Shown here piece by piece: positions 13,340-25,555 of a DNA stretch of 64,000 nucleotides (the stretch's first letter is position 1; each line of letters opens with the position of its first letter). The DNA is from Carcharhinus longimanus. Its lineage: Eukaryota. The DNA lies in NCBI GenBank assembly GCA_030264375.1, contig JASCQW010000099.1, positions 17,239,874 to 17,303,873 of the forward strand. The letters are read 5' to 3'. Made by a program: the position numbers and the translations under genes. The notes below the pieces were generated by a model. It was not told the origin of the DNA. It was given only the letters and a program-made list of their open reading frames with translations, and did not search any database.

Positions 13340-13622
13340 TAAAGTTTATTTTTTAGTGTCACTGGTAGGCTTACATTCACAGAGTTACTGTGAATATCCC
13401 CTAGTCGCCACTCTCTGAAGCCTAGTCAGGTATACGAACATAGAATTTAGGTTGGCCAATGCATCTCGCCAGCATGTCTTTCAAACTGTGGGAGGAAACC
13501 AGAGCAGGCAGAGGAAACTTATGCAGACATTGGGAGAAGGTGCAGACTCTGTACCCAAGCCAGGAAATGAATCCATGTCCCTGGCACTTTTGAGGCAGCA
13601 GTGCTAACCACTGTGCTGCCCT
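13340..13622 (-). mobile_element. HE1-related V-SINE
   Basis: tRNA-like head at the 13622 end, V core, aataaac-type tail. Confidence 0.8.
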
Positions 13623-14789
13623 GGCTGAAGTCTTAGTCTGAAATTAGACAAAGCTGTGAACAATTGACTTTGTTAGCAAGGATATAATTAAGGGTGATTT
13701 TAAAACATTTTTAATTATGAAGTGAAGGAACAGGGTCGACAGAAACAAACAGTCGAGGCTGATGGGACACAGACACAAATGGGAGAGACTTGGCCAAGAG
13801 CAGGAGATTCTGTTTCTCACAGTGGAATGTGAGTCAGTGGAATTATGTTTGTATCTAGCCATATTCTCAAATAGGAAAATGTGATGGTGTTTCAGGCATT
13901 TTTTCAATGATGTGGAACAATGCAGCATGTGGGGAGGCCTCCAGTTAATTGGAGGTGACATCCAATCTGAACAACAGTGGCCAATTAGGAGAGAATTGTT
14001 ATAACAATGTTTTAAATCTGCTCATTCGCTCTCTATCAAACACTTGTTTTACAGAGAGCGACACTCTTCCTCAGTCTGAAGAGCAAAAAGACCTGGCCAG
14101 TTTATCATTTCATGAGAATAAGAATTCTTATCACCCTTGTCAATTGTTCCTACATCATCCTTGGTGCTTCTATATCCTTTTTATAATGTGGTGACCAGAA
14201 CCATACACAGAGCTCCAATGTGATCTGACCATGGATTGTACAGGTTCAGTTGCAACTCATTAATTTTCAATTCCAATCCTCGAGACACAAACGCTAATGT
14301 TTGGTTTGTTCCTGTAACAGCCTTAATACCTTGGTCACCAGTAATCTGAGACTACTTTGCATCTCTGCCTCATTTAGATTCTTATTTTCCATCTTTTATC
14401 TGATCTTTTGATTCTGAGCAAATTATCACTATCAATGTTGAAATTAATTTGAAATGCTCTTTTAAGTTTATTATCTTATTTGTTGCAGTCCACCCTCAGT
14501 ACTGACGGTGCTCCTCAATGTTGTCATTGACAAGTATGGAAACTGTTGTTGGTTTCATCCATGTTTCACTGTCTCCTCAGTTTGTTCTTCATTGTGAATA
14601 TTGTTCATGTTGTTTGAGGTGAGAACAACAATGTTCCAGCATTGGTCCCTGTGGGAGCTGCTTTCCACTTCCTGTGAAACTTTACCCTGACTCCCAGTTT
14701 CCTGTCTTGCAGTCAGCTATCTGTCACATTGCCAGCAGAATGTACCATATAGAACATTGAGCAATATGTTTGATTAGTGCTTGGTGGGC

Positions 14790-15075
14790 CAATATGGTGG
14801 CATAGTGGTTAGCAATGCTGTCTAACAGTGCGAAGAACCTGGGTTCAATTCCTGGCTTGGTCACTTATGTGGAATCTGCACGTTATCCAAATGACTGCAT
14901 GGGTTTTCTCTGGTTTCCTCCCACAGTCCTAAAGACATGCTGTTTGGGGGTCATTGGATGTATTAGGTCCTCCTTCAATGTACCTGAACAAGTACTGGAG
15001 TGTTGGGACTAGGGGATTTTCACAGTAATTTCATTGCGATATGTAAACCTGCTTGTGACACTAATAAATAAACTT
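14790..15075 (+). mobile_element. HE1-related V-SINE
   Basis: ggtggcatagtggttagc...gggttcaattcc A/B boxes, V core, aataaataaac tail. Confidence 0.8.
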
Positions 15076-15089
15076 TAAAGATGTAGGAA

Positions 15090-15870
15090 TGGAGATAATA
15101 AGGCATGGGATGATTGGCCCTCCAAGCCTGCACTGCTCATGTGCCCTCTATTCCTAGTCTATTCATGTGGCTATCTAGATAAGTCTTAAATGATCCCAGC
15201 ATGTCCACCTCAACCACCTTGCTTGGCAGTGCATTTCAGGCCCCCACCACCCTCTGTAACATACATCCCCCTNNNNNNNNNNNNNNNNNNNNNNNNNNNN
15301 NNNNNNNNNNNNNNNNNNNNNNNNNNNNNNNNNNNNNNNNNNNNNNNNNNNNNNNNNNNNNNNNNNNNNNNNTCTTTGGAGCATGGAAGGAAACCACAGC
15401 ATCCAGAGGAAACCCATGCAGACACGGGGAGAATGTACAAACTCCACACACACAATCCGGGAATCAAACCCGGGTCCCTGACGCTGTGAGGCAGTAGTGC
15501 TAGCCACTGTGCCACCGTGGGGTGTCTTGTCAGCTTGGATCTGTTTTGAATTGGATTTGGATTGGGAATAAAGTATCGAAAGATACAAAAAAAACCAATG
15601 TGGTTGACTCTTACATGCCCTCTGAAGCGACCTAGTAAGCCACTCAGTTCAAGAGCAGCTTGTGATGGGCATTCTGAAGAATGAATGGTCACAGAGCTGA
15701 AATCCTGACTGTATTTCTCTCTCCATATTAACACTGCAATGAAGTTACTGCAAAAATCTCCTAGTTGCTGCACTCTGGTGCCTGTTTGGGTATACTGAGT
15801 GTGAATTTAGCACAGCCTATCATCTAACCAGCACGTCTTTCAAACTGTGAGAGCACCCGGAGGAAACCAG
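15090..15870 (-). mobile_element. Cluster of CR1 3'-end and SINE fragments around a gap
   Basis: CR1 tail 15090-15272, SINE 15373-15517, LINE/SINE tail 15590-15690, SINE part 15720-15870. Confidence 0.7.
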
Positions 15871-15889
15871 TCTACCAAAACGCAACATT

Positions 15890-16385
15890 AGAATCATACG
15901 ACTCCTACAGTGTAGCAAGAGGCCATTTGGCCCATCGAGCCTGCACCTACAACAATCCCACTCAGGCCTGATCACTGTTACCCCATGCATTTACCGAGCT
16001 ACTCCCCCAACACTAAGGGGCAATTTAGCAGGGCCAATCTACCTGACCTTCACATCTTTGTAGTTATGATGTGGAGATGCTGGCATTGGACTGAAGTAGG
16101 CACAGTAATAAGTCTCACAACTCCAGGTTAAAGTCCAACAGGTTTATTTGGTAGCATGAGCTCCGTAGGCTTGTTTCACCAAATAAACCTGTTGGACTTT
16201 AGCCTGGTGTTGTGAGACTTCTTACTGCATCTTTGGAGTGTGGGAGGAAACTGGAGCATCCGGAGGAAACCCAATGCAGACACGGGGAGAATGTGCAGAT
16301 TCCGCACAGACAGTGGCCCGAGGCTAGAATTGAACCTGGGTCCCTGGGGCTGAGAGGCAGCAGTGCTAACCGCTGTGCCACCGCA
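15890..16385 (-). mobile_element. HE1-type SINE interrupted by a palindromic insertion
   Basis: SINE head at 16385, tail at 15890, split at the duplicated catctttg. Confidence 0.85.
16061..16227. mobile_element. Palindromic Penelope-end-derived insertion with 8-bp target duplication
   Basis: Arms of about 50 bp at 16103-16152 and 16178-16227 are near-perfect inverted repeats. catctttg occurs at 16053-16060 and 16228-16235. Confidence 0.75.
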
Positions 16386-16394
16386 CCGCCCATG

Positions 16395-16830
16395 GATCAA
16401 AGAACATTACAGCACAGGAAACAGGCCCTTCGGCCCTCCAAGCCTGCGCCGCTCATTGGTCCAACTAGACCATTCGTTTGTATCCCTCTATTCCCAGTCT
16501 GTTCATGTGACTATCCAGATAAGTCTTAAACGATCCCAGCGTGTCCACCTCCACCACCCTGCTTGGCAGTGCATCCCAGGCCCCCACCACCCTCTGTGTA
16601 AAATATCGGAGTTAAACCTTGCCCCCCTCACCTTGAACTTGTGACCCCTTGTGTTTGTCACCTCCGACCTGGGAAAAAGCTTCCCACTGTTCACCTGATC
16701 TATGCCCTTCATAATTTTATACACCTCTATTAGGTCATCCCTCATCCCCCTTCTTCCCAGGGAGAACAACCCCAGTTTGTGCAATCTGTCCTCATAGCTA
16801 AGACCCTCCATACCAGGCAACATCCTAGTA
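16395..16830 (-). mobile_element. CR1 (HER1-type) LINE 3' end
   Basis: ORF MLPGMEGLSYEDRLHKLGLFSL.RR..R.DLIEVYKIMKG..TRGH, the CR1 ORF2 C-terminus. Confidence 0.9.
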
Positions 16831-17462
16831 AAAGGATGACTATTGATCTAATGACTGTTGATCACAGAGTGCATTGGATGGGCTGTACAACCTGCTTCAG
16901 AAAATTTGCTCACACTGCATTTTCTAAATCTAGTACAAGTGAGGTGGTTTAAAGTCCCCTTTCCCAATGCTGTTTGTTCTCCCCAGGTCGATGACTACTT
17001 TTACCATGTTCCTGCTTTCCAGAAGTTTTCAGTGCGTCGACATTCTAAATTCCTCAAAGATTTCACTTTCCCTGAAAAGACAGTGTTCAAACTATTTTCA
17101 TTGTCGTCAACAACAACAATCACCATTTTTACACAGCTTCTTTGGTTTTTCTGCTTCCATTCCTTTCAAACTCACAGTAACTTTTCTGTGGAGATAATGA
17201 AGGGTCATTATTCTGTGTCATTTGACTCTTTGACTTTTAAAAATGTCTTAATTTTAACTAGATCTCCATTTAAACTTTCTATTTGAGACAAACTAAAATA
17301 AACTGTTTTCAGAACCTGGAGAATTCACTTTTAAACTTCCACCTGACTATGCTGTGTAGATTTGAGGAAGATTCTGATTCTCATTTTCAAAGCCCTTTGG
17401 ATATGTTTATTCAACAGGAGTTCAGCTGGATCAGAACAATAACTTTGAGACCCAGTCCAGGT

Positions 17463-18052
17463 TTAAATTTTTGAGTTTCCTCCCCATTGTTTAATGAAAT
17501 TCTGAATGACAGTGAAGGGATATTTCACAGCGTTCGTCACCTCCTCTCTGAACTTCCTCTGTGTGACTGCATAAATAAATGTGTTGGTGCAGGAACTGGA
17601 TAACTGAAGCATTGATCCCAGCATTTCCAACATGTCAGGTGTTTTAAACAGAGCCACTTTGGAACTCATCCGAGGAATTGATAGATACACAACACGTGTC
17701 ACCCATAACACAATAAAACTGCCTGATATGGTGAAGAGTAAAATGATGGATCTTCTTCGATTCTTCATTTCTGGATCGTTCTGCCCCTCCCCGTTTCCCT
17801 GTCCCCTCAGTTTCCTGCGGACTACACTGGCCAGCAGGATCTGCCTGACAGTGAGAGTATTGAGCAGCAGTATCAGCACGAAGGGGAGCACTGGAGTTAA
17901 AATGCGGTCCGTCCAGTCAAAGACTTTCCATACAAGTAAAAAGTAGTAGTCAAATACTATTTGGCAGAAGAATTGTTCATACTTAAAAAACACTGGGATT
18001 TTGGTGAATAAACACAGTAAACTCACCGTTGTGATAACGATGGCTGCTGTTT
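17463..18052 (-). CDS. GPR139/GPR142-like class A GPCR, unit A (TM4 to C-terminus; 5' part lost in gap 18053-18152)
   Basis: Uninterrupted frame with TM4-TM7: LTPVLPFVLILLLNTLTVRQI, DPEMKNRRRSIILLFTISGSFIVLW, LQLSSSCTNTFIYAVTQRKFREE. Confidence 0.85.
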
Positions 18053-18829
18053 NNNNNNNNNNNNNNNNNNNNNNNNNNNNNNNNNNNNNNNNNNNNNNNN
18101 NNNNNNNNNNNNNNNNNNNNNNNNNNNNNNNNNNNNNNNNNNNNNNNNNNNNGATTTTAAGTCTAGTGGCTGTAATCAAAAGCCACATATGTACAAACAA
18201 GAGCAAGAGATCAATTCAACATTGATGTTTAATTTGTGACTGACCATTTTGGCCTTGACTACAGTTCCAAATACCTTTTAAAGATATTCAAAGTGAGCCC
18301 TCATATTACTCATCATCTAGGAGATTTTAGTACCTTTGCTCATTCTTTCTGTCTTGGATTAACTAGGCCTTTGTCTCTTCTTCCCTTATCCAATCCTGTG
18401 CTGTTACCCATGATTAGTCCCATAACTCCCTTCAAACATCCCATCTGCAATCCTCAAACTCAATTTCAGGAGATTCACTGTCTGTCTTTATCTGATTAGT
18501 GCTTCCCCTAATGACTATCTGCTCCAGCCCTTACATGGAATGAATAACTTCCATATTCCAGAATTGGAGTGTTCTTTTTCCCTCTCGTAACTCATCAATC
18601 ACTCATTCCATTGGGATTAAATCTGGACACGCTATCATCTGGAGATGCTCATGTTTTTCGTCATTTCCTACAGTTCATTCCTGCCCAGGGCTTTCCTTGT
18701 CTGTGAAAAACAGCTTGCAACATTCAACAAGTATATTTAATTTGCTGCTCTTTAGATAAAGTGTGGTCACTTCTTAGGATTGATCAAATTATAGCAAAAT
18801 GTAAAACAGGGTATTCTGAATATTTGATC

Positions 18830-19910
18830 TGATTTATTATTGTCATGTGTATTGTTATATAGTGAAAAGTATTGTTTCTTGCTCGCTATACAGACAAAGC
18901 ATAGAAGCAAATTACTGTAGATGCTGGAATCTAAAATCAAAAGAGAAAATGCTGAAAAATCTCAGATCTGGCAGTATCTGTAAGGAGGGAAAAGAGCTGA
19001 CGTTTCAAGTCCAGACGACCCTTTGTCAAAACTAAAAGGAGTAGGCATAGGCCCTTTTCTATGCCTTTTAGCTTTGACAAAAGGTCATCTGGACTCGAAG
19101 CATCAGCTTTGTTCTCTCCTTACAGATACTGCCAGACCTGCTGAGATTTTCCAGTATTTTCTTTTTTTGGATATAGACAAAGCAAACCGTTCATAGAGAA
19201 GGGAAGGAAAGAGTGCAGAATTTGTTGTGCAGTGTTGCAGTCATAGCTAGGGTACAGAGAAAGATCAATTTACTGCAAGGTAGGTCCATTTAAAAGTCTG
19301 ATGGCAGCAGGGAAGAAGCTGTTCTTCATTTGGTTGGTACGTGGACTCAGACTTTTGTATCTTTTATCCCGATGGAAGAAAATGGAAGAGAGAATGTTCA
19401 GGGAATAATAAGTGTGAAGAAAGACAGATGGAAAGACAGCCTTGGACAATTATTTTGTTACCAAGGTGATTTAATCTCTTTTTAAATTATAAAGTGATGG
19501 AACAGGATTGATGGAAACAAGCTGTAGAGGCTGATGGGACATAGACATAAATTAAATGGAAGAGACTCGGACAAGAGCAGGAGGTACATTTATATGCAGA
19601 GGAATGTGCATATTTGAAATTCTGTATTCTGTCTCATCACTGTTTGAGATTTGACCCACTACAGTGGTGTCATCAGCAAATTTGAAAATTGAGTTGGAAG
19701 GCAATTTGGCCACAGAGTCATTAGTATAGAAGAGGAATAGTAGAGAGCTGATGACACAGCCCTATGGGGCACCGGTGTTGAGAATGATCATGCAGGAGGT
19801 GTTGTGCCTATCCTTACTGATTGTGGTCTGTGGCTTAGGATGTTTAGGATCCAGTTGCAGAGGGAGGGGCCAAGACCCAGGCCACAATGTTTGGACATGA
19901 GTTTGGAGTC
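18830..19910 (-). mobile_element. Rex1/Babar-type LINE fragments (18830-19410, 19640-19910)
   Basis: Minus strand near 19670-19780 gives LNTGAP.GCV.S..LF..FKFADDTTVVG. The 3' end matches 7000-7300. Confidence 0.75.
18905..19170. mobile_element. Palindromic Penelope-end-derived insertion (second family) with hammerhead-like motifs
   Basis: Inverted arms of about 100 bp at 18938-19039 and 19064-19170. agacaaagca is duplicated at 18892-18901 and 19175-19184. Confidence 0.75.
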
Positions 19911-20029
19911 ACAGCAATAGTACAAATGAAATGTGTTCCCCCAAAATCAATGAGAAAGGGGAATAAGTTTCAAGATAGTTCAGAGAATAATTTGGGTACT
20001 GATGAAGGAAATCAGGTTATTATTTCTGG

Positions 20030-20340
20030 ATATCCTTTTCAAAAAGGGCAAAGAAAACCAGTAACCAAATTAAAATTTTGCAAGATACTGGAGCAGATAA
20101 ATCACTGATAGTGGCTTATGATGCAGTTTATATTCCAAAACTTTTTATGATGAAAAAAGTAATAATAAGGAATATTAATTGAGAGATGTTTCTTTGCATG
20201 AAGTTAATTTAAGAAGTAACTTAGTAAATGAAATTGTTACAGTAGAAATTATTCCTAAGTTACCTATTGGAGGGCTACATTTCATTCTTGGTAATGACTT
20301 GGCTTGTGGGGATAGTAATGTGATGACAGCTATGTTGTAA
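20030..20340 (+). mobile_element. Gypsy (Gmr1-like) aspartic protease remnant
   Basis: LQDTGADKSLI and LPIGGLHFILGNDLACG remnants. Confidence 0.65.
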
Positions 20341-20589
20341 CAGGCAGTTGATCATGTTAACCTAAATTGCATATAACAACCAATTGAAGGAAAAACTAAT
20401 CAATGTCGAAAAGCAACTTCCACAAAGGAAAGAGGAGTTTGCTAACGAAAAACTAGAAATGATGAGAACAATTGAGAATCAATTGTGGAAAGTGGTACAC
20501 TTGACTAAGGAATTGAAATGTCTAAAGTATAAGCATGTGAGTCGTTAAGAAATAACACTCTACCACTCATTGCTGCGCTGAGGAAGTTA

Positions 20590-20760
20590 ACAAAGAACAA
20601 AGAACATTACAGCACAGGTATAGGCCCTTCGGCCCTCCAACCCTTCATCGACAATGCTGCCTGACTTAACTAAAACCCCCTACCCTTCCAGGGACCGTAT
20701 CCCTCTATCCCGTCCAATTCATGTATTTGCTAAGATGCCCTTTAAAAGTCACTATCGTAA
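20590..20760 (-). mobile_element. CR1 3' tail fragment
   Basis: aagaacaaagaacattacagcacagg...ggcccttcggccc, as at 16400. Confidence 0.75.
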
Positions 20761-22384
20761 CACTATATTAACAGTGTGAAGAAAGACAGATACAAAGACA
20801 GCCTTGGGCAATTGTTTTCTTACCCAGGTGATTGGATACAATTTTAAATTATGAACTGATGGATCAGGACAGACAGAAAGAGGCTGTAGAGGCTGATGGG
20901 ACGTTGATGTAAGATTAAATGGAAGAGACTTGGACAAGAGCAGGAGATACAATTATACACAGAGGAATTAAATACTTGTATTTAGACACCGTTCCAAATA
21001 GGGGTCAATTCATTGAGCTCTTGTAATTTTTCAATGGTAGAGCAACTATGCATCCTGTGAGGAGCCATCAGTTAATTGGAGGTGACCACCATGTGACATT
21101 CCAGGGGATTATCGCAACCAGAGACTGAGGATCCCATATATGGGGATGGAAGATGGCAGGGAAGGTTCCACATTTTAAAAGTATTTTGGTGCATATTTCC
21201 TGGCCCAGTTCCTGAGGTTTCTTCCTGGCTGAGCAGTCAGAATCTCTCCCAATGGAGTGACAGAGCCACAGCATCAGGAGCCTTGCTTAGAACAGTGAAA
21301 ACACCAGTGACCAATTAGAGCCTGACATCCAGCCTGTTTATCATTTGTTGAGAAGTAGAATCCGTATCATCCTTGACAATCATTCCTGCATCCTCCTTGG
21401 TGCTTCTATATCCTTTTTATAATGTGGTGATCAGAACCATACATACCATCCAAGTGTAGTTTGACCATGCTTTGTACGGGTTTACCTGCAATTCTCTAAT
21501 TTTCAATTCCAATCCTCGAGAATGTTTGGTTTGCTCCTGTAACAGATTTAATACCTCAGTTACCAAAAATCTGAGACATCTTTGTATCTCTGCCTCATTT
21601 AGATTCTTATTTTCCATCTTTTATCTGATCTTATGATTCTGAGCAAATTGTAATTTCTCACACTTAGCACTGTGGAAATTAATTTGAAATTCCTTTTCTG
21701 TAAGCTTATTCATATTTTCTCCTCATTTGTTGCAGTCTCCCCTCAGTATCAACAATCCTTCTCAATGTTGTATCATCTGCAAATGTGGAAATTTTGTTGG
21801 TTTCATCCACATTTCACTGTCTCCTCCGTTTGCTCTTCATTGTGAATATTGTTCGTGTTGTTAATATGAATTGGAAACAACAATGTTCCAGCGTTGGTCC
21901 TTGTGGGAGCCACTTTCCACTTTCTGCCAATCTGAATAGCTGCACTTTATCTCCCAGTTTCCTGTCTTGCAGTCAGCTCTGTCCATTCTACATTGCCAGA
22001 GGAATATACCGTGTAGAATATTGAGCAATATGTTTAATTGGTGGCTAGAGGAATGGAGATAAAGAGATGTGGGAATAGCAGAAACACACAGGATGATGAC
22101 TATTGATCACTGAATGAATCAAATGGGTTGTACAACCTGGTTCACAATGTTTGCTCACATACCATTTTCTAAATCTAGTACAAGTGAGATGATTCAAAGT
22201 CTCCTTTCCCAATGCGGTTTGTTTTCCCCGGGTTCATAATTCAACAACTACCTCCATGTTCCTGCTTTCCAGGAGTTTTCAATTTGCCGACATTCTAAAT
22301 TCTTCACAGAGATTTTACTTTCTGTCAGAAGGCCGTTTTCAAACTATTTTCATTTCCAGTTCTCAACAACTGCAGTCATCATCA

Positions 22385-22712
22385 TGTAGCACAGTGGTTA
22401 GCACTGCTGCTTCACAGCTCCAGGCACCTGGGTTCGATTCCTGGCTTGGGTCACTGTCGGTGTGGAGTTTGCACATTCTCGTGTCTATGTGAATTTCCTC
22501 CGGGTGCTCTGGTTTCCTCCCACAGTCCGAAGATGTGTAGGTTAGGTTGATTGGCCATGCTAAAATTGCTTCTTAGTATTCTGAGATGCGTAGATTAGAG
22601 GGATTAGCAAGTAAATATGTAAAGGTATGGGGTAGGACCTGGGTAGGATTGTGGTCGGTGCAGACTCGATGGGCCTAATGGCCTCTTTCTGCACTGTAGG
22701 GTTTCTATGATC
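22385..22712 (+). mobile_element. Full-length HE1-type SINE
   Basis: gcacagtggttagcactgctgc...gggttcgattcc head and ctgcactgtagggtttctatga tail. Absent at the paralogous site near 17125. Confidence 0.9.
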
Positions 22713-23075
22713 TCTACACAGCTTCTTCAATTTTCCTGCTTCTCACTGAATCAGCTGCTTCCATTTCTATCAAACTCACAATATTTATTCTTTGGAGGTA
22801 GTGAAAAGTGAAATCTGTGTCATTTGAATCTTTGCCTTTGTCTTGTCAGAATGTCTTAATTATAACCAGATCTCATTTAAGCTTTCTATTTGAGACAAAC
22901 TAAAATTCATCCCAATATCCGCAAATCAATTGTTCCTCAGAACCTGGAGAATTCACTTTTAAACTTCCACCTGACTATGAGGTATGGGTTTGAGGAAGAT
23001 CCTGATTCTCATTTTCAAAGCACTTTGGATATGTTTATTCAGTAGGAGTTGAGCTGGATTGGAACAATAACTTTG

Positions 23076-23237
23076 CTACCCAGTCTGGGAAGAAATTTTC
23101 CAGCTTTCTCTCGATTGTTTAATGGAATTCTGAATGACAGTAAAGTGATCTTTCACAGCATTCCTCACCTCCTCTCTGAACTTCCTCTGTGTGACTAAGT
23201 AAATAAACGTGTTTGGTGCAGGAACTGGATAACTGAG
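23076..23237 (-). pseudogene. GPR139-like unit B, TM7/C-terminal fragment only, frameshifted
   Basis: QLSSSCT and NTFIYLVTQRKFREEVRNAVK lie in different frames. Paralogous to 17490-17605. No TM1-TM6 sequence between it and the exon 1 at 24.0 kb. Confidence 0.85.
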
Positions 23238-23965
23238 CCAGCGATAAATCCTCTGCCCTAAGTGTCGTAGGATCTTTAAAATCCACTTGAAAGAGAAGAC
23301 ACAACTTGACTTCAACATTTCACCCTAAAGGCAGCACCTTCAGTAGTGCAGCTTTTCCTCGATATTGCACAGAGCTGTCAGCCTTGAGTTCCATGCAAAA
23401 AACTGGAATGACAATTGAAGCTGGAACTATCTGACTAAGAGACAAATGTGCAACCAACTGAGCTACTCACACATAATGAAGTCGTTACAACAGTGGTGGT
23501 GCTTCCAATTCACCTCATTGACTAGTGCACACTCTAAAATTACAAAAGGTGCTATATAAATGCAAGTTGTTCAGTAATCAGTGTCAGCGAACATTGCGAA
23601 GGAATTGAAATGATTCCTTAAATGCCATTCAGAAATATTATCGAGAGGGAGAGAGAAAGAAAGAAAGAAGGTTGATAAAAATTACAATTCATTCTCATTG
23701 CACTCTGGAGATTAACCTAATTGGTTTTGGAAATCAATAAGATCCCGGTTAGATAGGATTTAGGACTGATTGGCCAAATACAGGAATATTGAATAAAGCA
23801 GATTGATTCGAAAGTCTAAAACCATGGAGAGGCTGTAACTTGAATAAGGGAAAATATCGAGGAATATCAATGATCAACAGGATTTGAAATAATAACCACA
23901 GACATAAGAAACCAACAAATTCTACTATCAGAAAAGTCAAACCAGCAATGATCATAATAACTCAC

Positions 23966-24046
23966 TTAGAACTCCAATCACTGCAAGGATGTGATAGAAA
24001 ATGGGTTCAACATCAATGAGCATAAATAATAGAGCTCCAGATGCAT
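23966..24046 (-). pseudogene. GPR139-like unit B, first coding exon
   Basis: MLIDVEPIFYHILAVIGVL from the ATG at 24023, then a phase-1 GTGAGT donor. The upstream ATG at 24046 is out of frame by 1 nt relative to the paralogues. Confidence 0.75.
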
Positions 24047-24089
24047 GTTCTGTGATGAACTCTATTGTCCTTTAGTTTCATTGATTCTC

Positions 24090-24250
24090 TGAACTCATTC
24101 GCTCAGTGGAGCCTTTTATCAATACAGGTGAGTGACACCCACTGAGACCATGAGACTTATGTAAACATTGTTATTAGTTCCAGTAATTGGAGTAAACAGA
24201 TTAGACATGCATGAAACCTCGATTAGTTAAAGAAAAACAGAACTGTTTTA
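24090..24250 (-). promoter_or_regulatory. Putative subfamily I proximal promoter (paralogues at 32130-32300 and 35100-35270)
   Basis: AT-rich TATA-like box about 70 nt above the ATG, within a block conserved in three copies that contains RTAAAC and TAATTGG motifs. Confidence 0.45.
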
Positions 24251-24286
24251 CTTACACTTGATAAACGGCAGTACAAGCACTGGAAT

Positions 24287-24570
24287 AGGGTGCACGGAGT
24301 TGGGGGTAAGGTGTTAGCATGGATAGAGGATTGTCTGTTGAATAGGAAGCAGAGAGTTGGTATCAATGGGTGCTATTCTGGTTGGCAGTTGGTGACTAGT
24401 GGAGTGCCGCAGGGATCNNNNNNNNNNNNNNNNNNNNNNNNNNNNNNNNNNNNNNNNNNNNNNNNNNNNNNNNNNNNNNNNNNNNNNNNNNNNNNNNNNN
24501 NNNNNNNNNNNNNNNNNGGCTTGAGGGGCTAGATGGCCTACTCCTGCTCCTATTTCTTATGTTCTTATGA
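24287..24570 (+). mobile_element. CR1 insertion (RT region plus 3' tail) spanning a gap
   Basis: GVGGKVLAWIED.L.NRKQRVGING..SGVPQG, followed by a ttatgttcttatg tail. Confidence 0.9.
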
Positions 24571-24734
24571 GTAGAAACATCATGGCTACAGAACAGAGAC
24601 CATTTAACTTCTCATACCTGCTCTGGCTGTTGAATGAATGATCCACTCACATCCATTTCCCTATCTTTTCCACATGTTCTGTCCTTTTTGAAAAACATTT
24701 AATGGGTTCAGTGTCCTGTTGTAATAACAATTTT

Positions 24735-24802
24735 GTGTGTGTGTTGTGCTAGTGTGTGTGAATGTGTGTGTGTATGAATGAGTATGTATGTGTGTATGTG
24801 TG
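24735..24802 (+). repeat. Degenerate (TG)n microsatellite
   Basis: Read directly; occupies the same position in its unit as 35480-35790. Confidence 0.85.
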
Positions 24803-25329
24803 TCAATCTCATGGACTCTGCATTCCAGTTACTGCGGATTAACTGAATTTTAGATTATACTGAAGGAACAGTGAGCAAGACTTTTCCATTGTCTTCATTC
24901 GGCATCATTTGAGTGTCAAATATGCCGAAACTTTTGTAAAGAACACTAATTAATATAGTATATCAGGAATCTTACACATACACATATTTTCTGTTATATT
25001 CTTCCCTTTAAAATTTCCCGAAGCCACATTCATAATGGAAGCTGCCAATGTCAAACAGTCACACTTGTTAGGGGCCCAGACAAGAAACAAAAGATACGTT
25101 GTGAGGCCGGTCTAGATCCCAACAACTTTCCTCTTCCCTCCCCCCTTACAAAAATGCAGTTACAATGTGCAATGATGGCTTCATTTTTCTAAAGCTTCGT
25201 TTTTTTCCCCCCAACATTATTAGAACTCTCAAAGTTCTATATCTTATCACATCTAAGCCTGCAAAATTAAATAGGAGTTTAGTCCAGTTCAATCTTCCTT
25301 GTCCAACGTTGAACATTTTATCCTTTTAC

Positions 25330-25510
25330 ACCAAAGTTATAATAAAACATCTGCAATCACGTTCTCTCTCCCTGCCATGTGTATAATTTTCAAATTGAAT
25401 GGCTGTAATAATAAGCTCCATTCAAATAGTCTTGTATTTTTATTCTTAAACTTCTCCACAGTTTTCAATGAATAATGGTCAGTATAAGTAATTGCTCTGA
25501 TGAATTGCTG
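25330..25510 (-). mobile_element. Gypsy/Gmr1-like RNase H remnant
   Basis: YTDHYSL...KNTRLFEWSLLLQPFNLKIIHMAGRENVIADVL. Confidence 0.8.
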
Positions 25511-25555
25511 GAAACATAAATATTGAAATGTTGCAATGTCAGTATCAAAGTCATT

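Noticed and set aside
18053-18206. N-terminus of the 247-aa ORF (MLLFVHMW...)
   Set aside because: Joined to the GPCR frame only through a 100-N placeholder gap; not homologous to TM1-TM3.
22385-22450. tRNA-like sequences with A/B boxes, here and at other SINE heads
   Set aside because: They continue into the V-SINE core and LINE-derived tail, so they are SINE heads rather than tRNA genes.
23749-23955. Hydrophobic short ORFs repeated at 23749, 31779 and 34744
   Set aside because: They are paralogous intron sequence just below exon 1, with alternative start codons and reading frames not conserved between copies.
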